From a virus: a stretch of DNA of 12,084 nucleotides. A program made the position numbers and the translations under genes. The stretch is from IMG/VR virus record IMGVR_UViG_3300045988_052544, one strand, 5' to 3'. Positions 1 through 5,325 of this stretch are shown here, piece by piece; within the stretch, counting starts at the first letter, position 1; each line of letters begins with the position of its first letter. The notes under the pieces are model-generated. The model was not told where the DNA came from. It did not search any database and was given only the letters and a program-made list of their open reading frames with translations.

Positions 1-29
1 TGGAGTTCAGACGTGTGCTCTTCCGATCT
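1..29. other. Illumina TruSeq adapter remnant (technical, not biological)
   Basis: tggagttcagacgtgtgctcttccgatct is the 3' part of GTGACTGGAGTTCAGACGTGTGCTCTTCCGATCT. Its exact reverse complement is at 12056..12084. Confidence 0.97.
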
Positions 30-51
30 AAAGGTACACAAAACACGCAGA

Positions 52-90
52 TTTAACATTTCCCAACGCATTTTTAACACTTGGCAACAT
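52..90. repeat. Helically phased AACR/AACAY repeats in the ITR (cluster 1)
   Basis: AACA/AACG/AACA/AACA begin at 55, 65, 76 and 86, giving spacings of 10, 11 and 10 bp. They are embedded in TTTAACAYT-like units. Mirrored in the right ITR. Confidence 0.6.
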
Positions 91-140
91 AGTTTGGCAC
101 GGTTTTTGTTGTGTCGCCTGTACCGTACCCTTTATTATTC

Positions 141-168
141 TTTAACACTTTCAACATTTGTCAACACT
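141..168. repeat. Helically phased AACAY repeats in the ITR (cluster 2)
   Basis: tttAACACtttcAACATttgtcAACAC has AACA starts at 144, 153 and 163 (spacings 9 and 10 bp). TTTAACACT at 141..149 is identical to 73..81. Confidence 0.6.
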
Positions 169-189
169 GCTAAATTTTTGCAAAAGAAG

Positions 190-232
190 TGTTTCACGTG
201 GAACAGTAAGGGCAAATGTTTCATGTGAAACA
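190..232. promoter_or_regulatory. Two operator-like palindromes, TGTTTCA-N2-TGAAACA
   Basis: 190..205 is tgtttca-cg-tggaaca (1 mismatch). 217..232 is tgtttca-tg-tgaaaca (perfect 7-bp arms). Centres are 27 bp apart, upstream of the ITR promoter. Confidence 0.5.
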
Positions 233-283
233 AAGTGTTAACAACTATTAAATTAATTCTTTCACACTATTTAACACAAATAA

Positions 284-315
284 TTTGGTGGTTTCGCAAA
301 TTTGCCGTATCTTTG
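284..315 (+). promoter_or_regulatory. Bacteroidota-type promoter (-33 TTTG / -7 TAnnTTTG) inside the left ITR, firing inward
   Basis: TTTG at 284..287, a 20-nt spacer, then TATCTTTG at 308..315. The core TATCTTTGCA is also found at the internal promoter (5091..5100). The first ORF starts about 40 nt downstream. Confidence 0.65.
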
Positions 316-362
316 CACCGTGTTTAAGAAACAATAAGTTTAACAAATTAATTTAGGTAATT

Positions 363-530
363 ATGAACGAAAATTTTAATGAGACTGTTTTTAACTGTAT
401 TACAAGTGTTAACGCTTTGATGACTTCTAACGAAGTTGCAAAAGATGATAAGGCGGTTATTAAGTTGAACCGCTTTAAGAAATGGCTTAACGAATTCGCA
501 GCAGCTAACGGGGTGAACGAAGTAAAGTAA
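363..530 (+). CDS. Hypothetical small early protein, 55 aa (below the ORF-track cutoff)
   Basis: Hand translation gives ATG 363 to TAA 528..530: MNENFNETVFNCITSVNALMTSNEVAKDDKAVIKLNRFKKWLNEFAAANGVNEVK. It is co-oriented with the whole left arm and is the first ORF after the ITR promoter. An in-frame TAG lies at 354..356. Confidence 0.55.
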   Translation: MNENFNETVFNCITSVNALMTSNEVAKDDKAVIKLNRFKKWLNEFAAANGVNEVK

Positions 531-576
531 ATACCCCTTACAGGTAACAAAAGTTTAACGTTAAATATTTTAAGTT

Positions 577-942
577 ATGGCTAAAGGTTTTAGTTTCGCT
601 AGTACTTTTAATAAGACTAGTTTTGACATTGACACAACGGATTTTCCGTATGTGAAATTGGGTGACATCTATAACGACAAGGAAGAGGGCGGCGATGATG
701 TGGTACACCCTATCAACGGTTTGTACGTTCACATTTCAAAGTTGGGCGATTCACCTGTAATTATTGACGCAGAAAGCAAACGCCTTGTCAATTTGCCACA
801 GTTCACAGGTAACACAATTCGTGAAATTTTGGCTAACGAACAAGCGGTTGACGCTATCAAAGCCAATAAGGTAGGTTATACTATTTATGAGTATGAATCG
901 CACGCTAAAAAGTGTTACGGTATTACCTTTGTAGATAAGTAA
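577..942 (+). CDS. Hypothetical early protein, 121 aa; candidate ssDNA-binding protein (phi29 p5-like by size and position only)
   Basis: ORF-track ORF with an ATG start. It lies in the early operon upstream of the TP/DNAP genes and is followed by an attenuator hairpin. Its size is close to phi29 p5 (124 aa). No diagnostic motif was seen. Confidence 0.6.
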   Translation: MAKGFSFASTFNKTSFDIDTTDFPYVKLGDIYNDKEEGGDDVVHPINGLYVHISKLGDSPVIIDAESKRLVNLPQFTGNTIREILANEQAVDAIKANKVGYTIYEYESHAKKCYGITFVDK

Positions 943-971
943 CATATTGTAGTGTAAAGGGTGATAATTTT

Positions 972-1013
972 ACAGGGGTAACAGTAGTTTTATTGTTATC
1001 CCTGTTTTTGTTT
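972..1013 (+). terminator. Intrinsic terminator/attenuator between the small early genes and the TP-DNAP genes
   Basis: Stem acaggggtaaca (972..983) pairs with tgttatccctgt (994..1005), 12 bp with one G-U pair. The loop is 10 nt, followed by ttttgttt. Confidence 0.6.
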
Positions 1014-1033
1014 CATTTAAACTAACAAATAGT

Positions 1034-1663
1034 ATGGCAAATAAAAACCCTATAGGCTTTAGCGGTCGCACGTTTCGGGCAACAAAAAGGGCGCACGTTA
1101 AAAAAGAAATTATAAATGCTGTTGAGAGTAGTCCATCCCTCAGAAAACAAATATCTAAAGTATTCCAACAGGCAAACAGACGTATACAGAATATTGAAAA
1201 AAACAAAGTTGTTTCGCCTGCTGTTGTAGCATTAAATAAAGGTGACGTAAAGGGATTTACAAAATTTTCTATGCGTCACGAATGGAACGATTTAAAAATT
1301 GAATATTCAAAGGCTATTGCGTTTTTGCAGCAACCAACGTCAACGGCAACGGGAACGGATGAGTATGCAAAACACCTAAAGAAAACTTACAAACTTTCAG
1401 ATGATGAGTTTTCTTTGATGCAAGAAAAATTAATCGGTAAGATTGCAAGTGTATCAGACCAAAAATTTTTGGAACAATATTTAATGCAATATAAAGACTT
1501 TACAGGAGAACTTGAACAGGACGCACGGGACGTGTCCGACCAAATAGAAAGTGACGCTGTAAAGATAGCCGACAATTTACAAAACAGTATCAACAACGTA
1601 GGTGAAGTTGCAGAAGAAACCGTGCAAAAGATTTTAGACACTTTTAAAGATTTTGGTTTATAA
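1034..1663 (+). CDS. Candidate terminal protein (replication primer), 209 aa
   Basis: It lies immediately upstream of the protein-primed DNAP, and its stop overlaps the DNAP start (TAATG at 1661..1665), as in the phi29 gene 3 / gene 2 order. The N-terminus is basic (RTFRATKRAHVKKE, QQANRRIQNIEKNK) and the C-terminal third is acidic and helical (ELEQDARDVSDQIESDAVKIADNL). No catalytic motif can confirm the call. Confidence 0.5.
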   Translation: MANKNPIGFSGRTFRATKRAHVKKEIINAVESSPSLRKQISKVFQQANRRIQNIEKNKVVSPAVVALNKGDVKGFTKFSMRHEWNDLKIEYSKAIAFLQQPTSTATGTDEYAKHLKKTYKLSDDEFSLMQEKLIGKIASVSDQKFLEQYLMQYKDFTGELEQDARDVSDQIESDAVKIADNLQNSINNVGEVAEETVQKILDTFKDFGL

Positions 1664-3873
1664 TGAAGAAAATACCCTTTGAACTACATGAAGAAGTTTA
1701 CACCCCGAAAGATATTGCGAAAGTTTTATCTTTGGCGGTAAACGAAAAAAATTTCACAGGAAACAATAAGGGCAATAAATTCTTAAATGTTCCTGTTTCC
1801 TTTGATATTGAAACAACGTCTTTCTACAGGGACGCAGACGGGGAAACCTACAGTTATGAACGTTATATAAAATTAGGCGGTAAAGATACCAAAATGGAAA
1901 AATGTAGTTTAATGTACGTTTGGCAATTTGGTGTAAACGGTTATTGCATAATAGGTCGCACTTGGGACGAATTTTTAGAAATGTTGTCTGAGATAGTACG
2001 TTTGCTAAACTTAAACCCAAAAAGACGTATTATTATATACGTTCACAATTTGGCTTATGAGTTCCAATTTTTGAGGGAGTTGTTACAATGGGAAAAAGTT
2101 TTCTCTATTGATTTACGCAAACCGATTTACGGGATAACTAAAGACGGTTTAGAGTTCCGCTGTAGTTATTTGTTATCGGGTTATTCGTTGGCAAAGTTGG
2201 GTGAACAGTTACACACTTATAAGTGTTCAAAGTTAGTCGGGGATTTAGATTACAGTCTATTGCGTCACAGTCAAACACCGTTAACGAAAAAAGAAGTCGG
2301 TTACTGTTTGAATGATATAAAAGTAGTTATGTGTTACGTACAGGAACTAATAGAACGTTATAAAGGAATAACGAAACTACCTTTAACTAAGACGGGTTTT
2401 GTACGCAAATATTGTCGTTCTGTATGTTTCAAGAAAACAGACGAAGAAACAGGAAAAACAACACCAAACTTTAAGTATTTCGACAAAATACATGATTTAA
2501 ACATAACAGGTACAGGAGAGTTCGAAATGTTGCAGCGTGCTTTTTCGGGTGGTTTTACACATGCAAATGCAAAGTATACAGACGAAGTAATAGAAAATGT
2601 AGATAGTTACGACTTTACAAGTAGTTACCCCTATGTTATGGTTTCCGAAAAGTTCCCGATGAGTACGGGTGTTGTTGTGCCTGTTAAATCAATGAAACAG
2701 TTTGATTTTATGACTAGTAAATTTTGTTGTGTCTTTGATATTGAGATAACAAACATTTTTGCTAAATCAGAGAACGAAAACCCTATATCGGTAAGTAAGT
2801 GTTTCGTAAAAGAAAATGTTTCTGAGAATAACGGGCGGTTGGTTTGTGCAAGTAAAATCTGTATGACAATAACGGAAATAGATTTTAAAGTATTTTCGCA
2901 GTTTTATTCGTGGGAACGTGTACGTATAGGCAAAATGATTTGTTACCGAAAAGAATATTTACCGACTGAGTTTGTTTTGTCGATTTTGCACCTGTACGAA
3001 ATGAAAACCAAATTAAAGGGCGTAAAGGGAAAAGAAGTAGAATATTTGAATAGCAAAGAAATGTTGAATAGTTGTTACGGCATGTGCGTTACAAATCCGT
3101 TACGCGATGAAATTTTATGTGACGGTGAAACATGGGACGTTGAACACCTAACAGGTATGAAACAGTTAGAAATGCTGAACAAATACAATGACAGTAGAAA
3201 CAGGTTTCTTTTTTACCCTTGGGGTATATATGTAACGGCTTATGCTAGACGCAACCTATTTACGGGTATTTCTGAATGTGGAGACGATTACATTTATAGT
3301 GATACCGATTCGGTTAAAATTATGAACGGTGATGCACACAAAGAGTACTTTAAGCTATATAATGAACTAGCACAAAGAAAATTGCGTGCAGCCTGTAAGT
3401 TCCACAAAATACCATTTGAAAAGGTTGAACCCGTCACGATAAAGGGAATAGCGAAACCGCTTGGTGTGTGGGATTACGAAGGACGGTACAGACGTTTTAA
3501 GACTTTAGGTGCAAAGCGTTATATGGTTGAAGAACAAAACGCACTTACCGTTAACGGTGAAAATTACAATTATAGTATGACTGTTTCGGGTGTAAACAAA
3601 AAATCTGCTATCCCCTACATGTTAGAAACATTTGGGGAAAACGGCATATTTGACGCTTTTACTAATTACTTAGACATACCGCCGACGGCAACAGGTAAGA
3701 ATATACACACATATATAGATTACGAACAGACAGGCACAATAAAAGACTACTTAGGCACGGTTTCAAGTTACGACACGGTAACGGGTGTACACTTAGAGCC
3801 AACGGGGTATACTTTGAGCCTATCAGTACTTTATATAAATTATTTAATGGGTATCAGATTAAAGAAAGAATAA
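1663..3873 (+). CDS. Protein-primed family B DNA polymerase (phi29 gp2-like), 736 aa
   Basis: Exo I is FDIETTS, Exo II is HNLAYEFQF and Exo III is YCLNDIKVV. Pol motif A is DFTSSYPYVM, motif B is KEMLNSCYG, motif C is YSDTDSV and the KxY motif is GAKRYM. About 75 aa separate motifs B and C, consistent with a TPR2-type insertion. Confidence 0.95.
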   Translation: MKKIPFELHEEVYTPKDIAKVLSLAVNEKNFTGNNKGNKFLNVPVSFDIETTSFYRDADGETYSYERYIKLGGKDTKMEKCSLMYVWQFGVNGYCIIGRTWDEFLEMLSEIVRLLNLNPKRRIIIYVHNLAYEFQFLRELLQWEKVFSIDLRKPIYGITKDGLEFRCSYLLSGYSLAKLGEQLHTYKCSKLVGDLDYSLLRHSQTPLTKKEVGYCLNDIKVVMCYVQELIERYKGITKLPLTKTGFVRKYCRSVCFKKTDEETGKTTPNFKYFDKIHDLNITGTGEFEMLQRAFSGGFTHANAKYTDEVIENVDSYDFTSSYPYVMVSEKFPMSTGVVVPVKSMKQFDFMTSKFCCVFDIEITNIFAKSENENPISVSKCFVKENVSENNGRLVCASKICMTITEIDFKVFSQFYSWERVRIGKMICYRKEYLPTEFVLSILHLYEMKTKLKGVKGKEVEYLNSKEMLNSCYGMCVTNPLRDEILCDGETWDVEHLTGMKQLEMLNKYNDSRNRFLFYPWGIYVTAYARRNLFTGISECGDDYIYSDTDSVKIMNGDAHKEYFKLYNELAQRKLRAACKFHKIPFEKVEPVTIKGIAKPLGVWDYEGRYRRFKTLGAKRYMVEEQNALTVNGENYNYSMTVSGVNKKSAIPYMLETFGENGIFDAFTNYLDIPPTATGKNIHTYIDYEQTGTIKDYLGTVSSYDTVTGVHLEPTGYTLSLSVLYINYLMGIRLKKE

Positions 3874-3874
3874 T

Positions 3875-5011
3875 ATGAAACAGAAAAAAGAAAAAGTGGA
3901 AACACCGAAATTTTACAGTTTAAACCGTATTTTGGCAAAAAACGCAGATTACAATGTAATTTTCGGTGAACGCTCCAACGGTAAGACTTATGCAACTTTG
4001 TTGTATGGTATCAAAGAATATTTGAAAACAGGTAAACAAATGGCGTATATTAGGCGTTGGCGTGAAGATTTAAGGGGTAAACGTGCAGAAAGTTTGTTTA
4101 GTAATCATGTAGCCAACGGGGTAATACAGGAACTAACAGACGGTAAGTTTAACGAAGTGTTTTACGTATCGGGTAAATGGTTTCTTTCGTCTTATGACCC
4201 CGAAACTAAAAAGCGTGTACCCGATAACACCCCGTTTTGTTTCGGTTTCTGTTTATCAGAACAGGAACACGAAAAATCTAGTAGTTACCCAAATATAACT
4301 ACAGTCGTGTTTGATGAGTTCTTAACTAGACGTTATTATTTGCCTGATGAATTTATGTTATATATGAACCTGTTGAGCACAATAATACGACAACGTAATG
4401 ACGTTAAAGTTTTTATGCTTGGTAACACGGTAAATCAGTTTTGCCCGTACTTTACCGAAATGGGTTTGAAACAGGTTAGAGTAATGGAACAGGGAACTAT
4501 TGATATTTACCGTTTCGGTGAACACGGTGCAACTGTTGCAGTAGAATACTGTAGTACGATTGTTAAACAAAAAGCTAGTAACAAATATTTCTGTTTCGAC
4601 AATGAAAATTTGCAGATGATTACAGGCGGTAAATGGGAACTTGCAGTATATCCACATTTGCCTGTAAAATACAAACCGAATGATGTTTTATTTGTGTTCT
4701 ATATTCAGTTTAACGAAATGACGTTACAGGGTAACGTTATTCAAGTAGACAACGAAAGAGGGGTTAACAATTTTATATATATTCATAATAAAACGACCCC
4801 TATTAAAGATACAGATAATAGTTTGATTTATTCGTTACAGATGAACGGCAAACCAAACTACAAACGAAAGTTACTGAGTACTGCAAGTTATCTTGAGCAA
4901 CAAATAACAAAGTATTTCGCCACCGATAAGGTATTTTATCAGAATAACGAAATAGGCGAAATTGTACGCAATTATTTAATGGCAAGTGCTCGCAGCAACA
5001 TAATTACCTAA
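3875..5011 (+). CDS. DNA encapsidation ATPase (phi29 gp16-like), 378 aa
   Basis: Walker A is GERSNGKTY and Walker B is TTVVFDEF. The N-terminus FYSLNRIL...NVIFGERSNGKTYA...YIRRWREDL parallels phi29 gp16 FYNPQKML...FVIGARGIGKSYA...YVRRYKPEL. EKSSSYPNITTVVFDEFL parallels EKSNAYPNVSTIVFDEFI. Confidence 0.9.
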   Translation: MKQKKEKVETPKFYSLNRILAKNADYNVIFGERSNGKTYATLLYGIKEYLKTGKQMAYIRRWREDLRGKRAESLFSNHVANGVIQELTDGKFNEVFYVSGKWFLSSYDPETKKRVPDNTPFCFGFCLSEQEHEKSSSYPNITTVVFDEFLTRRYYLPDEFMLYMNLLSTIIRQRNDVKVFMLGNTVNQFCPYFTEMGLKQVRVMEQGTIDIYRFGEHGATVAVEYCSTIVKQKASNKYFCFDNENLQMITGGKWELAVYPHLPVKYKPNDVLFVFYIQFNEMTLQGNVIQVDNERGVNNFIYIHNKTTPIKDTDNSLIYSLQMNGKPNYKRKLLSTASYLEQQITKYFATDKVFYQNNEIGEIVRNYLMASARSNIIT

Positions 5012-5019
5012 TATCTGTT

Positions 5020-5066
5020 AACAGGGGTTAAAAATGTTTTACGTGAAACACTTTTCCCCTGTTTTA
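5020..5066 (+). terminator. Intrinsic terminator ending the left (replication/packaging) operon
   Basis: aacagggg (5020..5027) pairs with cccctgtt (5056..5063), with further internal pairing, followed by a T-rich tract. The loop holds the third TGTTT(T/C)A-N2-TGAAACA palindrome. Confidence 0.6.
5035..5050. promoter_or_regulatory. Operator-like palindrome (third locus) upstream of the internal promoter
   Basis: tgtttta-cg-tgaaaca has 1 mismatch to the ITR sites. Its centre is about 25 bp upstream of the -33 box at 5067. Confidence 0.5.
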
Positions 5067-5098
5067 TTTGGTGATACCAAATAAAAGTATTATCTTTG
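5067..5098 (+). promoter_or_regulatory. Internal Bacteroidota-type promoter for the structural (late) operon
   Basis: TTTG at 5067..5070, a 20-nt spacer, then TATCTTTG at 5091..5098. The geometry and the -7 core match the ITR promoter. ATG 5131 follows. Confidence 0.65.
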
Positions 5099-5130
5099 CA
5101 TCATAAAATAACAAAGTTAAATTTTGCTAT

Positions 5131-5325
5131 ATGGATTTAAACGCTATTGTATCACTAGTTAGTAACGTGGGTTTTCCTGTTGCCGTGTGCATTGCCCTGT
5201 TTTGCTATATGGAGAAACAGAATGAACGACATCAACAGGAAACCGACAAGTTAAATGAAACCGTACAAAGTAACACGAAAGTGTTAACAGAACTTTGTAC
5301 CTTAATTAAAACACTTGTTAAATAA
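5131..5325 (+). CDS. Small single-pass membrane protein, 64 aa; holin-like topology (possibly YvrJ-like)
   Basis: The N-terminal hydrophobic segment IVSLVSNVGFPVAVCIALFCY is followed by a charged helical tail (EKQNERHQQETDKLNE). The stop overlaps the portal start (TAATG). The function is inferred only. Confidence 0.55.
   Translation: MDLNAIVSLVSNVGFPVAVCIALFCYMEKQNERHQQETDKLNETVQSNTKVLTELCTLIKTLVK

Larger units (their letters stand above)
30..334. repeat. Left inverted terminal repeat (ITR), ~305 bp
   Basis: Reverse complement of 11751..12055. Positions 30..257 are identical (228 bp). The inner part has 4 mismatches (258, 259, 284, 323), and similarity decays after 334. The sequence starts 5'-AAAGGTACAC. 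Confidence 0.95.

Noticed and set aside
96-130. GC-richer patch in the ITR (ggcacgg...cctgtaccgtaccc), with a GTACC GTACC tandem and possible pairing to the terminal GGTAC
   Set aside because: The possible stems are 5 to 7 bp with mismatches and long loops, which is not distinguishable from chance. It is noted only as a conserved-looking island that comparative data could revisit.
13-228. 71-aa ORF at 13..228 (+) and its identical twin at 11857..12072 (-)
   Set aside because: Both start at a GTG inside the Illumina adapter and run through the non-coding, repeat-rich outer ITR. The identity of the two simply reflects the ITR. They are not genes.
30-334. ITRs as an assembly fold-back or chimeric artefact caused by the shared adapters
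   Set aside because: The two copies differ at 4 specific inner positions and then diverge into different unique sequence with functional genes on both sides. An artefactual fold-back would be identical.
353-550. Minus-strand and off-frame shadow ORFs: 353..550, 538..732, 751..945, 970..1206, 1387..1641, 1754..2020, 4358..4657, 4803..4985, 6550..6741, 7093..7305, 7098..7280, 7620..7883, 7701..7901, 7868..8140, 8688..8885, 9065..9334, 9512..9694 and 11564..11761
   Set aside because: All are embedded in, or antisense to, longer ORFs with recognisable homology or operon context. Their composition is odd (Cys/Phe/Leu-rich), and none has its own promoter.
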